A stretch of DNA of 64,000 nucleotides from an uncultured Methanolobus sp. GTDB lineage: Archaea; Halobacteriota; Methanosarcinia; Methanosarcinales; Methanosarcinaceae. The stretch covers positions 1,376,001 to 1,440,000 of the forward strand of contig OY776215.1 in NCBI GenBank assembly GCA_963675495.1. The letters are read 5' to 3'. This document shows, in pieces, positions 1 to 9,494 of the stretch; position 1 is the stretch's first letter, and each line of letters starts with the position of its first letter. Below the pieces are notes generated by a model. It worked only from the letters and a program-made list of their open reading frames with translations, did not search any database and was not told where the DNA came from. The translations under genes and the position numbers were made by a program.

Positions 1-1172
1 GAAGATATGGTAATATTGTGATCAGCAAGTTCCACCGGCATATCCTGTACGGTGGACTGATTATTTCTTAAGAATGAGTATGCCATCATGAAATTAGTGC
101 CAATGCTCTGATTGATGTTATCTGTATAGAAAATACCAATATCGCTTCCATAGCTCTCCTCTACACTTAAACCTGTAAGAGTAAAATCTTCCCTGTATGT
201 TATGAGGGTCGTGGATTCTGTACTGATTGTATTATTAGTTTCGTCCAGACTATCTGTTTTTGCCTGAACAAGCCACAAAAGACTCGCATTTATGTTGATA
301 TCAGTATTACTGGACTCCGGATAGAACATTTTTCCTGCAAGTGCAGTTTCTCCACCTATACCATTTACCTGGAACAGTGGAACATATACTCTCTCACCGG
401 AAATACCAAGACCATAATCATCAACATCTAACTGGTCTGGAACCTGATCCATTGTAAGTTCAAGAAGTGGCACGATCGTCAGATCCTCTGTCGAGCCATC
501 GAGATCCTGCATGGTGCTTTTATTATCAAAAGGCCAGTCTAATTTCTGATAGGCAAGTCTGACATGGCTGGAAGTTTGCGGAACAAGCTGGAAATCAATG
601 TAAACCGGATTTCCATTGGTTGAAATATCAAAATTGAAATAATCGTAACTGGTTGAACGTGCAAAAGGTGATGAGTCTACGTTGTCCTCTACACCGTCAT
701 CATCGTTATCAAAATCCCAGATGTTAGAGACACCATCTGAGTCAATATCAAGAGATAGAACATCTGTAACTTCAAAATTATCAGAAAGGCCATCATAATT
801 AGAATCCATTTCAAGAGGATCGGAAAGGTAAAGTACAGATTCATTATAATCATCGAGCTGGTCATGATCAGAATCAATGTTACTGATATTCGTTCCAAGT
901 ATCGATTCAACGGCATCAGGTAATCCATCGCCGTCCGTATCGGTTGGATCGCTCGTAACAGAAATAAGTTCCAGGACATTTACCCCATTAGCTGCGGGAG
1001 TTTGCATTTTTATATGGGAGACCATCGAAAGTGCTGTGACGGTATCCTGAGAAATATAAGTCTCATTTTCATCGTTGAACAGATCTTCATTGCTGGCCGC
1101 AACAGCAGGATAGAATTGAGCTCCTAGTAATACTATAGCTACAAGTACCTGGAATAATATTTTTTTCTTTAT
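1..1172 (-). CDS. Large secreted/surface protein with Ca2+-binding DxDxDG (thrombospondin type-3-like) repeats; runs off the window edge
   Basis: Manual translation of the 5' part: (M)KKKILFQVLVAIVLLGAQFYPAVAA signal peptide, then DTDGDGLPD, DSDHDQLDD, DSNYDGLSD, DIDSDGVSNIWDFDNDDDGVED. Absent from the ORF track because it is edge-truncated. Start is probably ATA after SD GAAGGTG. Confidence 0.75.
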   Translation of the reverse strand, partial: MKKKILFQVLVAIVLLGAQFYPAVAASNEDLFNDENETYISQDTVTALSMVSHIKMQTPAANGVNVLELISVTSDPTDTDGDGLPDAVESILGTNISNIDSDHDQLDDYNESVLYLSDPLEMDSNYDGLSDNFEVTDVLSLDIDSDGVSNIWDFDNDDDGVEDNVDSSPFARSTSYDYFNFDISTNGNPVYIDFQLVPQTSSHVRLAYQKLDWPFDNKSTMQDLDGSTEDLTIVPLLELTMDQVPDQLDVDDYGLGISGERVYVPLFQVNGIGGETALAGKMFYPESSNTDININASLLWLVQAKTDSLDETNNTISTESTTLITYREDFTLTGLSVEESYGSDIGIFYTDNINQSIGTNFMMAYSFLRNNQSTVQDMPVELADHNITIS

Positions 1173-1262
1173 GGTGACACCTTCTTAATATTAGAAGGAA
1201 GTTCCCCATATATAAATATATATATTTATTTTATTTTGAAATAAAAAAATACAAAGGCGTAT

Positions 1263-1844
1263 TTAGTACACCCACACGACCTCAGGTTCTTTTTTAGCAT
1301 CTTCACCTGGTTCTTTTACTGCATACCCCAAAACAATAGGTGCAATTACCCTGAAATCAGGAGTTATGCCCAATTCCTCCAGCAATTCAGGATTATCCTG
1401 AATGAAACATCCAGTCCCTATCCAGCAACTACCAATTCCCATGGAATGTGCTGCAAGCATCATATTCTCGGCACACAGGGAACAATCATAGTCTGTCGTG
1501 AAACCTGCATTGTTACCAAGAACGATTACAAGGGCTGGTGCATCATAGAAGATACTGAAATCTTCTTTTGCAAGTTCTTTTTTAAACTTTACGGCAGCAT
1601 CATTGGTCGCTTCTGCTAATTGTGTCAGAAGGCGTGGTTTACAATGATCTGACATTCTCATCATCATTTCACGATTCTTAACCACGACAAAGAACCATGG
1701 CTGGCTGTCGAAGCCGGAAGGTGCATGAACACCCGCATCAATTATCGTCTTGATGTCTTCATCACTTACTTCCTTATCAGTATATTCACGGATACTCCTC
1801 CGTGTCTTTATATTTTCAATTACGCTATTTTTCTCCACTCCCAT
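1263..1844 (-). CDS. Nitroreductase family flavoprotein
   Basis: RRSIREY, APSGFDSQPW and AENMMLAAHSMGIGSCWIG motifs; ATG after GGAGTGG. Confidence 0.9.
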   Translation of the reverse strand: MGVEKNSVIENIKTRRSIREYTDKEVSDEDIKTIIDAGVHAPSGFDSQPWFFVVVKNREMMMRMSDHCKPRLLTQLAEATNDAAVKFKKELAKEDFSIFYDAPALVIVLGNNAGFTTDYDCSLCAENMMLAAHSMGIGSCWIGTGCFIQDNPELLEELGITPDFRVIAPIVLGYAVKEPGEDAKKEPEVVWVY

Positions 1845-1855
1845 TAGAACCACTC

Positions 1856-2197
1856 CTATTTTTTTGATTCAAGGAACTCTTTCAGCGATATTTGCATCAG
1901 TTTATCCGGGTCTTCAACATCCTTGTGGACATAAAGACCGCACCAACAGCGTTTCATCGCATCATAGTGTTCCCTGTGAAAAGGTATACATGGACAGACA
2001 AGCTTCATATCATGCGCTCTTTCACCTGTAAGCCCCTGACATGGACAGAACGGACTGCCTTTTTCTTTTTCGATGTTAACTTCCTGCTCAAGTAAGAAAT
2101 CAACCAGTTCAGTGTCAGGACTTATTTTGTATCCCAGAGGATCCACAACCTTCGAGAACATTATCCTGAGTTTCTCCTTACGCTTTTCGTTATCCAT
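1856..2197 (-). CDS. Ferredoxin:thioredoxin reductase catalytic-subunit family protein (FTR-like, 4Fe-4S)
   Basis: CPC...CPC...CWCGLY triple motif of FTR catalytic chains; no rubredoxin fusion. Confidence 0.9.
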   Translation of the reverse strand: MDNEKRKEKLRIMFSKVVDPLGYKISPDTELVDFLLEQEVNIEKEKGSPFCPCQGLTGERAHDMKLVCPCIPFHREHYDAMKRCWCGLYVHKDVEDPDKLMQISLKEFLESKK

Positions 2198-2203
2198 CTT
2201 TGA

Positions 2204-2452
2204 TCACAACTTGAGTAATTTTGAGTACTTGGCCGGATTGTATCCCACTACAACATCCTCATCGACCTTCACAAATGGAAAAGACATTTCTGAACCATGG
2301 GCAAGACAATCCTCCTTGATAGCCTTTTTTGTATCATCGTCTGCCTTGTCATAATCAATATACTCAAAGGGAATATCCTGTTCCCTGAAAAATTTCTTTG
2401 CCCTCATACACCAGGGGCAGGTACTTAGTGTATACATAACTACTTTCTTCAC
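2204..2452 (-). CDS. Glutaredoxin/NrdH-like redoxin
   Basis: YTLSTCPWC active site, SFP cis-Pro region, VVGYN. Confidence 0.9.
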   Translation of the reverse strand: MKKVVMYTLSTCPWCMRAKKFFREQDIPFEYIDYDKADDDTKKAIKEDCLAHGSEMSFPFVKVDEDVVVGYNPAKYSKLLKL

Positions 2453-2778
2453 TTGCTTGCACCTCCCATATTTACAAAAACACTGCCATCCATTCGCTTT
2501 GTTTCATAGATAGGCACCTTGATCTCTTTTGCATCAAGGAACTCGCCACTTCGAATATCAAATCTCCAGTCATGGCACGGACATTTTAATATGTACTGTT
2601 CCAAAGTACCTTTTGACAGCGGACATTCCATATGAGGACACTTATTGGATATTGCAAAAAACAGACCATCTTTTCTGATAAGAAGTACTTTATCATCTTC
2701 AATTAATAATGCCTTTTTCTCATCATCAGCAAGTTCATCTTCCTTTATTGCAAATACCCATTTACTTTCCTGATTCAT
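2449..2778 (-). CDS. Rieske [2Fe-2S] ferredoxin (copy 3)
   Basis: CPHMECPL...CPCHDWRFDIRSG; start placed at MNQESK (alternative 2802). Confidence 0.9.
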   Translation of the reverse strand: MNQESKWVFAIKEDELADDEKKALLIEDDKVLLIRKDGLFFAISNKCPHMECPLSKGTLEQYILKCPCHDWRFDIRSGEFLDAKEIKVPIYETKRMDGSVFVNMGGASK

Positions 2779-2798
2779 AGATACATTCCTGTTACATA

Positions 2799-3104
2799 TC
2801 ATGTTAAAACGGCTATCTTGCCATCCTTTACCTGTGTATCGTACACGTTAACCTTTATCTTATCAGATGCTACGTATGCTCCGGTGCGAATGTCAAAAAT
2901 CCAGCTGTGACATGGACATTTTAGAGAATAGTCCTGCAGGGTACCACCCTCAAGATGACAGTTCATGTGTGGACATCTGTTCTCAAGAGCAAACAGTTCC
3001 CCACCTTTACGGATAAGGAGCAATTGTTTGTCCCCGACATCCAGGGATTTCATTTCACCTTCTTTCACTTCATCAGCATTTGCAACTATTACCCACGAAG
3101 TCAT
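2799..3104 (-). CDS. Rieske [2Fe-2S] ferredoxin (copy 2)
   Basis: CPHMNCHL...CPCHSWIFDIRTG. Confidence 0.9.
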   Translation of the reverse strand: MTSWVIVANADEVKEGEMKSLDVGDKQLLLIRKGGELFALENRCPHMNCHLEGGTLQDYSLKCPCHSWIFDIRTGAYVASDKIKVNVYDTQVKDGKIAVLT

Positions 3105-3131
3105 TTCAGACCACCTTATGTAACGAACAGT

Positions 3132-3446
3132 TCAAAGAAGGACAAGTATTTCTCCATCTTCTACCTTGTTCTCGTAGAATTCAAGAGCTTCATCCTTGTC
3201 TCCAAGATATTTGCCAGACCTTATGTCATATTCCCAGCCATGGCACGGGCACTTCAGAATAAACTCATCTCTGAAAGTTCCTTTAGAAAGACGACATCCC
3301 ATATGTTTGCACTTACCGAAAAGTGAATAGATAACTCCATTTTTCCTTATAAGAAGCAAAGGTGTTCCCTTAACCCTGACAAACTCCATATTGCCCTCAT
3401 TCAAATCACTATCATTAAGTGCAAAAAACCAGGATTTTTCCGACAT
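3132..3446 (-). CDS. Rieske [2Fe-2S] ferredoxin (copy 1)
   Basis: CKHMGCRL...CPCHGWEYDIRSG. Confidence 0.9.
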   Translation of the reverse strand: MSEKSWFFALNDSDLNEGNMEFVRVKGTPLLLIRKNGVIYSLFGKCKHMGCRLSKGTFRDEFILKCPCHGWEYDIRSGKYLGDKDEALEFYENKVEDGEILVLL

Positions 3447-3602
3447 GCGTATCTCCCATAAATATCAGGGATTCAAAAATATAAATAGTTGTCGTGAAAC
3501 AATAATAAACAGATTAAGACGAGGTATTATTTACTTTCTGTTGAAAGTAATAACAACGCTATGTACAACCATGTAAATATAAAGGATATCAGCAGTAAAA
3601 AA

Positions 3603-4631
3603 TCAAGAATAACTGGAAGGCATAGCGCCCCAGTTATCCGGTGCATCTCCAGTTCCTGAATCTACATCAATGGAGTATTCATTGTTGTAATAGTACCACA
3701 CTTCAATGATTGAATAATCCTCATCAAGGAAATAATCGAATTCTATATCCTCGTAGTCATCCGGATAAATTACTTTTTCCTCATCATCGTCATAGTATGG
3801 ACCAACTGTAGCATCCACAGGGAACCATTCGTTATCTTCGTAAACTTCTACCCATGCATGGCCGCCAGAACTTCCATCAAAGTTAACCAGTCCTACAGCT
3901 ACTCTTACGTCACTCTCGTCAAATTCACCAGAACCTATAAGCAACGATGCAAAGGTGTTGGCCTGGTCTTCACAGTCACTTACGATCTCACCCGGAACAG
4001 GATTAGAATCGTAGTACGGTGTCTCTTCAAGGAACTCGGTTGGAGTTAACCATTCTTCCTGCTGACCGTTCAGGATGCTGTCGGACACCCATATCCATGA
4101 AACTGCTGTCTCATATATCTCGTCTTCATCATCAAGGTCCTCATCTTCAATATAGTCCTGAACAGCATCTGCATACGGAGTTACATATTTCTGGAATTCT
4201 GAGACATCCATTTCTGTGTATGTGTCATCCTGCAGGGATTTCCTGAGTTCTTCCCTATCTGTCATTTCCTGCTGCATTTTTGGAACCGATTCCATGCGAA
4301 CATTCTGAGAAGGCATGTTTGAAGGAGCAGTGATCATTTCACCCTGTGACCTTGTGTTCTGCATATCCTGAGGAGACTGAGGGGTTTGCATGTTCTGTGC
4401 GTTCTGCATCTGGTATTGACTTGAACCTGATCTCTGACCCATATTAGAAGTAAAGAACTGCTGGCTGGTCATGTACATCTGCTGAACTTTAGCCTTCATA
4501 TGACCTGAAACACCATCCTCTATGGTAACAGAGGATGAGGAGAGAGTTACATCGTTATTTTCATCGGCCACCGCATAGACCGAGAACATTAGTATAAGTG
4601 CCACAAATGTTGACAGTATCAGTTTCTTCAT
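3603..4631 (-). CDS. Secreted transglutaminase-like (Cys-His-Asp) protein
   Basis: Signal peptide MKKLILSTFVALILMFSVYAVA after SD GGTGA; DCEDQA, GHAWVEV and WFPVDAT triad motifs. Confidence 0.8.
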   Translation of the reverse strand: MKKLILSTFVALILMFSVYAVADENNDVTLSSSSVTIEDGVSGHMKAKVQQMYMTSQQFFTSNMGQRSGSSQYQMQNAQNMQTPQSPQDMQNTRSQGEMITAPSNMPSQNVRMESVPKMQQEMTDREELRKSLQDDTYTEMDVSEFQKYVTPYADAVQDYIEDEDLDDEDEIYETAVSWIWVSDSILNGQQEEWLTPTEFLEETPYYDSNPVPGEIVSDCEDQANTFASLLIGSGEFDESDVRVAVGLVNFDGSSGGHAWVEVYEDNEWFPVDATVGPYYDDDEEKVIYPDDYEDIEFDYFLDEDYSIIEVWYYYNNEYSIDVDSGTGDAPDNWGAMPSSYS

Positions 4632-4804
4632 ATACTTCACCTTATTTCCATACGATACTCTGTTTGAGTTTATTTTCACAAATATACAACTTACTCGCTT
4701 GTTCCTGAATATAGCAACGGGATCATATGAAGCATTAAAGCCCCATATGAAACCCGTCAATTCCTTTCAGGAGAGGAATTTTGTTTATCTTTATTTTTTC
4801 AGAC

Positions 4805-6049
4805 TTATTCGTATCTCAGTGCATCCACCGGCTTCATCTTTGATGCATTGTATGCAGGAATTACACCTGAGAGTACTCCTATAACTACTGCGATGGAAAT
4901 TCCCATCAGCATAAGATCAGGAGCAATCGCCGTACCCATAGACGAGCGCATCATGCTTATTCCAAGATATGGCAATAGAGATGACAATCCAAGACTCAGC
5001 ACAATACCAAGCACACCACCTACAAAGCCCACAAGCGCAGAGTTAAACAGGAAGATCATGAGAATATCACTGTTCTTAGCTCCTATGGCTTTCATGGTAC
5101 CGATCTCCTTGGTCTTTTCAAGCACAGATGTGAACATGGTGTTTGCGATTCCCACGGAACCTACTACAAGTGACACACCTGCTATGGCTCCCAGGAACAA
5201 TGTCATTGATTCCATCATCTCACTGGCAGATTCTGCCATTGACAATGAATCAGATACAGTGAAATCCCTGTCGTCCTCATCGGCTATGTGCCTGGAGATC
5301 ATAAGTTTCTCTTCTATTTCATCCACAACAGTCTCTACATTATCGGCATCATCTGCTAATACAACTATACTATCATAGACTTCATCCTCTGCATCATCAA
5401 TGATCTCTACTGCTGCATCTATCGGCATGATGATAGAATTATCACTTTCGCCATCTTCCAGTACACCTACAACTCTGAAGGATTTATCTTCAATCACAAG
5501 CACACGGTTGATGGCTACTTCTTCATCGAACATCTCATGGGCTATCTTGTAACCTATGACCACAGCATTGTTGTCAGTGGTTTCCAGCAACCTGCCGGAT
5601 TCCAGGTCATACGTCACGGTGTACTGCCAGACCTGCGGATCTACTCCCTGTACGGAAAGATCGGCAGTTTCACCCATGAAGTAGACTTCCAGATCACTGC
5701 CGGATATCTTGCCATAGATGTAATCGATGTTCTCTACCAGTTTTATTGCCATGATATCCTTGTCAGTCAGTTCTGCATCATCAGAGGAGGAGGAACTGTC
5801 CCCACCACCTCCCGGTGGACCACCTCCCATTGCTGACTGAGCCTTGGTATAACCTGGTGTGACCGATATTGATGTGAGATCCATATCAGCAAACCTTTCT
5901 TCCATATCTGCTTCCATGCTGTCACTGAGTGCCATGATGGTTACAACCGATCCTACACCGATGACGATACCTATTATTGTGAGCCAGCTTCTGATCTTAC
6001 TGTGAACCAGAATATTCATAGCAAGCTTTAGATAGGTACTTCGTCTCAT
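4805..6049 (-). CDS. MacB/FtsX-family ABC transporter permease
   Basis: RSWLTIIGIVIGV, large extracellular loop, GIANTMFTSVLEKTKEIGTMKAIGA, PAYNASKMKPVDALRYE. Confidence 0.93.
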   Translation of the reverse strand: MRRSTYLKLAMNILVHSKIRSWLTIIGIVIGVGSVVTIMALSDSMEADMEERFADMDLTSISVTPGYTKAQSAMGGGPPGGGGDSSSSSDDAELTDKDIMAIKLVENIDYIYGKISGSDLEVYFMGETADLSVQGVDPQVWQYTVTYDLESGRLLETTDNNAVVIGYKIAHEMFDEEVAINRVLVIEDKSFRVVGVLEDGESDNSIIMPIDAAVEIIDDAEDEVYDSIVVLADDADNVETVVDEIEEKLMISRHIADEDDRDFTVSDSLSMAESASEMMESMTLFLGAIAGVSLVVGSVGIANTMFTSVLEKTKEIGTMKAIGAKNSDILMIFLFNSALVGFVGGVLGIVLSLGLSSLLPYLGISMMRSSMGTAIAPDLMLMGISIAVVIGVLSGVIPAYNASKMKPVDALRYE

Positions 6050-7434
6050 TTCTTTTCCTTCTTCAATATCTTTCCTTTAAGATTTTTAAGTTCAACACTC
6101 AGAGGTTCATAAGTACCTGCCTTTTGCATCTTCTTCTTCCTGTAATTGAATCCTACAACTACTATTGCCAGAATTGCAGCACCGTAGAGGTAGTAGCTGT
6201 TAGTTGATGAACTCTGCCCGGGCCTGCTGCCAGGAGTCATGCCTCCTGCCATGGTACCACCTGTCAGTTCTTCTACCTGGACTGCTTTATCTACTGAATG
6301 CCTCTGACCAGCAGAGTCGGTGTATTCGATAGTCACAAGAAGCTCACTATTTGATTCCATTTCTTCCTGCATGGCTGCCATGTTTTCTCCACTCATTTCC
6401 GAAGAATCCGGACGTGCCTGAGCTGTACCGGACGAATCTTCTTCATCCATTGAAGGCATTGAACTGGTCTGGCTGATTGAGAACGATGTTATCGTGTAGT
6501 CACCTTTCTCGAGGTTACCGACAATTGTGGAAGTGCTTCCTGTAGCCTGGAAATTATCCTGGTCAGGTATTGATACCTTCACAGAGTAAGCCTCATTGTT
6601 ACCTACATTTGCAAGGGACAGGGAAACCTCTCCTTCATCACTCTCGGAGTAACTCAGGTCAAAGTCAGTGCTTCCTCCGACGAACAATCCCGCTTTAGTT
6701 TCAATTGTGGAAGTGTTAGAGTCGTAATCCTCAAATTCCAGGGTAATATCAAGCTGGTAAAGACCAGGATCCGCATCCACATCGGCCATTACGGAATATA
6801 CTACCGTGATGGATTCGTCCACATCAAGATTACTTATGTATTTGGTGTTGGAGGAATATACCGGCAGGACCACACCTGTGGATTCTTCCCATGAGACTTC
6901 CATATTCTGGAGTGCAGATGATCCTGTGTTGGTTATGACAAACTCCAGGGGTTCCACAGTTGCAACATCAATGCTTGATTCGCTGATCGTAACTATCTGT
7001 GCATATTCTTTGCCCCGTACTTCAACTTCAAGAGTTGTAACGGACCTTGAATCAGATTCACTGTCGCTTACGGTTACATCTACATCATAAGTACCGTCTG
7101 AAACATCGGAATCCACCTTTAGTTTGAATTTTATAAATGATGCGTCTTCCTCATCCTGACGGGCTTCCAGGAAAGAAATTGTCTTGGTCAGGGATTCCCC
7201 GTCCACCTGTGAAAACGGATATTCTGAATCCACACTGACTTTTACATTAGATAGGTCATTGCTTCCCTCGTTCTGGAGACTTAATGTCAGTTCTACTGTT
7301 TCACCTGGTCTTGCAGGGTACGGACTCTGGGTCAAAAGATCCACCGCCACGCCTGATATATCGGCATTCAAATCTGCTGCAACAGTACTTATTGGCAGAA
7401 TCAATATTAACATCAATAACAAAACTTTTCTCAT
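6046..7434 (-). CDS. COG1361-type S-layer-domain protein with C-terminal membrane anchor
   Basis: Signal peptide, PYPARPGE, repeated Ig-like N-G...V...L motifs, C-terminal TM plus basic tail; lies between ABC ATPase and permease. Confidence 0.8.
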   Translation of the reverse strand: MRKVLLLMLILILPISTVAADLNADISGVAVDLLTQSPYPARPGETVELTLSLQNEGSNDLSNVKVSVDSEYPFSQVDGESLTKTISFLEARQDEEDASFIKFKLKVDSDVSDGTYDVDVTVSDSESDSRSVTTLEVEVRGKEYAQIVTISESSIDVATVEPLEFVITNTGSSALQNMEVSWEESTGVVLPVYSSNTKYISNLDVDESITVVYSVMADVDADPGLYQLDITLEFEDYDSNTSTIETKAGLFVGGSTDFDLSYSESDEGEVSLSLANVGNNEAYSVKVSIPDQDNFQATGSTSTIVGNLEKGDYTITSFSISQTSSMPSMDEEDSSGTAQARPDSSEMSGENMAAMQEEMESNSELLVTIEYTDSAGQRHSVDKAVQVEELTGGTMAGGMTPGSRPGQSSSTNSYYLYGAAILAIVVVGFNYRKKKMQKAGTYEPLSVELKNLKGKILKKEKK

Positions 7435-7439
7435 TTAAA

Positions 7440-8315
7440 TCACATCGCTTCACTGTTTTTAATCTCTATTCTGTCAACCATTCCATCTTTGATATGGACC
7501 ACACGATCTGCATATTTTGCAAGATCCGGGTCGTGAGTAATCATTATAATCGTCTTGCCTTCGTTTTTGTGAAGGTTGCTTAAAAATTCAAGAATGTAAT
7601 TTCCTGTTTCGCTGTCCAGATTTCCCGTTGGTTCATCTGCAAGGATCACCTTGGGATCAACTGCGAGAGACCTTGCAATTGCAACTCTCTGCCTTTGTCC
7701 TCCTGATAACTGGGAGGGAAGATTGTACTTTTTATCAGAGAGAGTGACGATCTCAAGGAGGTCTTCTGCTCTCTTCCATGTAAAATCAGGATCCTCTTCC
7801 TGGAATTCAAGAGGAAGCATGACATTTTCAATTGTGTTTAATGTTGGTATCAAATTAAATTGCTGGAAAATGAAACCGATGAGCTGCCCTCTTATCTGGG
7901 CAAGCTCGGACTCTGGCATCTTTGAGATATCTTTATTATTTAACTCTACAATTCCCTTACTTGGAATATCCAGGCATCCCAGAAGATTCATCATTGTACT
8001 CTTGCCGCTTCCACTGGGTCCAAGTATGACGACAAACTCGCCATGCAGGATCTCCAGATCGACACTTTTCAGTGCCGCAAATTCTACCTCTCCCATCTTG
8101 TATATCTTCCACACATCAGTAAGACGCATGAGAGTTTCGCGATCGTTGCCTGAAGACTTGTTTATCACATTCGTTTCATCAATGACATTCTTAACAGCCT
8201 CAGTATAATCACCTGAAGACTTGTTCTCCAAATTAGCTCTATCAATGAGATTCTTAGCAGTCTCAATATAATCGTCCGAAGGCTTGTTTTTCACATTCGT
8301 AAAATTCCCGTCCAT
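7440..8315 (-). CDS. ABC transporter ATP-binding protein (LolD/MacB type)
   Basis: [34 protein letters not shown]-loop ITHD. Confidence 0.95.
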   Translation of the reverse strand: MDGNFTNVKNKPSDDYIETAKNLIDRANLENKSSGDYTEAVKNVIDETNVINKSSGNDRETLMRLTDVWKIYKMGEVEFAALKSVDLEILHGEFVVILGPSGSGKSTMMNLLGCLDIPSKGIVELNNKDISKMPESELAQIRGQLIGFIFQQFNLIPTLNTIENVMLPLEFQEEDPDFTWKRAEDLLEIVTLSDKKYNLPSQLSGGQRQRVAIARSLAVDPKVILADEPTGNLDSETGNYILEFLSNLHKNEGKTIIMITHDPDLAKYADRVVHIKDGMVDRIEIKNSEAM

Positions 8316-8419
8316 AATTTACCTCAATGCGTGGTACTTTAATTTAAATATAAATATAAAGTATATAATTAGTATTTAATACATGTGCCTGTGTGCCTAA
8401 TGAACAGGGAATGTATTAA

Positions 8420-8587
8420 TCAATCTTCCCTTATCGGAGATATTTTCAGCAAACGATCAATTTGTCCAATATCCAGTTTCCTGTACAGAGAGGAAATGAC
8501 ATGTTCAGAAACATTTGTCCAATTCTGGCTTGAACGATCAGCGTTCCATCCATTGAATTTTTGCTGTGTACTATTATTGTTCTTCAT
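8420..8587 (-). CDS. Putative small protein, 55 aa
   Basis: GGAGG SD then ATG; MKNNNSTQQKFNGWNADRSSQNWTNVSEHVISSLYRKLDIGQIDRLLKISPIRED*; directly follows leader RNA copy A. Confidence 0.45.
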   Translation of the reverse strand: MKNNNSTQQKFNGWNADRSSQNWTNVSEHVISSLYRKLDIGQIDRLLKISPIRED

Positions 8588-8599
8588 TCATCCTCCAAT

Positions 8600-8760
8600 T
8601 TCGGATAAGAGACATCTACCGGATAGGGGCAGACATCCCTTAAACGAAGGGGTGGTTGGTTGTTGGTATGTCGGTGACACCTGGTTGGATGTGGTTGGGG
8701 GGTTGATGTCACCGAATTGAATTGTGCCCGTTAGAGCAATAGCACTGACAGGCAATTCCC
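8600..8760 (-). ncRNA. Conserved structured leader/sRNA, copy A
   Basis: Stem1 8715-8705/8681-8671 with C/A-rich loop; stem2 8642-8628/8620-8606 with CCUAUCC loop; homologous to copies at ~14.9 kb and ~16.9 kb. Confidence 0.65.
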
Positions 8761-8775
8761 TAATTCGTATTTTTA

Positions 8776-8836
8776 AATAAAAGCATGCTTATTTCAAAAA
8801 GATTTAAAAATAACTACATTTGATTAATAAAGCTTT
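8776..8836 (-). promoter_or_regulatory. Island promoter A: AAAGCTTTAT box + BRE/TATA
   Basis: Box 8836-8827, AAGCATGCTTTTATT 8790-8776; same layout as four other promoters. Confidence 0.65.
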
Positions 8837-9494
8837 ATAAACAATTTAATAGTGAAAAAACAGTTTATAATAAAAATAAAAGCTTATTTAATCTATTATA
8901 GCACTTAAAAATAGCTAAAAAGTGCTGAAAACTAATATTTAACAAAAAATATAGATTGCCTTATCAAAAATGATTAGTATGCAGAAATACCCAAATAAAA
9001 ATAACAAAAAACATTCATTTACTAATCCAATAAGGAAAAATGCATCAGCACACCTTTCTCAAAATTTTAGATCTTGTATGTTTTTTCAGCTTCGATGCCA
9101 AGTTCTATGATTAATGAGTGATTTAAAAGTTATTAAAAGCAAATTGATACTTCATTTAGATTTAAAACAAATAATTGGCATTATAATAAATCATTGATGA
9201 AATTGTATGAGATGCCTTCCAGAAGGAGATGGCAACTAACAAAATGCCTGTAATCAAATGACACAATATATTGACATAACAAAGTATGGAAAAATAGAGG
9301 GTGCAGAAATCCTGCTAATCACAACTTGAATTCTGCAATTTTATGCTCTGTAGAAATCCTACCATGCCATGATTATCTTGAGTGAAAACGAAGGGTCCGG
9401 CAAAGCCAGTGCTTTCCCAGAAGATGAAACAAGATTTCCCGATTTGGATATAGAATGGGATGAGTGACACCGTCATCCTGAGACAATAGTGTCT

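Noticed and set aside
689-979. 96-aa ORF-track entry
   Set aside because: Alternative frame inside the large edge-truncated surface protein gene.
8385-8720. 111-aa plus-strand ORF
   Set aside because: Antisense to the structured leader and the 55-aa ORF; no SD and no protein-like composition.
9369-9467. 32-aa ORF MIILSENEGSGKASAFPEDETRFPDLDIEWDE
   Set aside because: Protein-like, but no SD or promoter and no recognisable family; possibly a gene remnant, unsupported.
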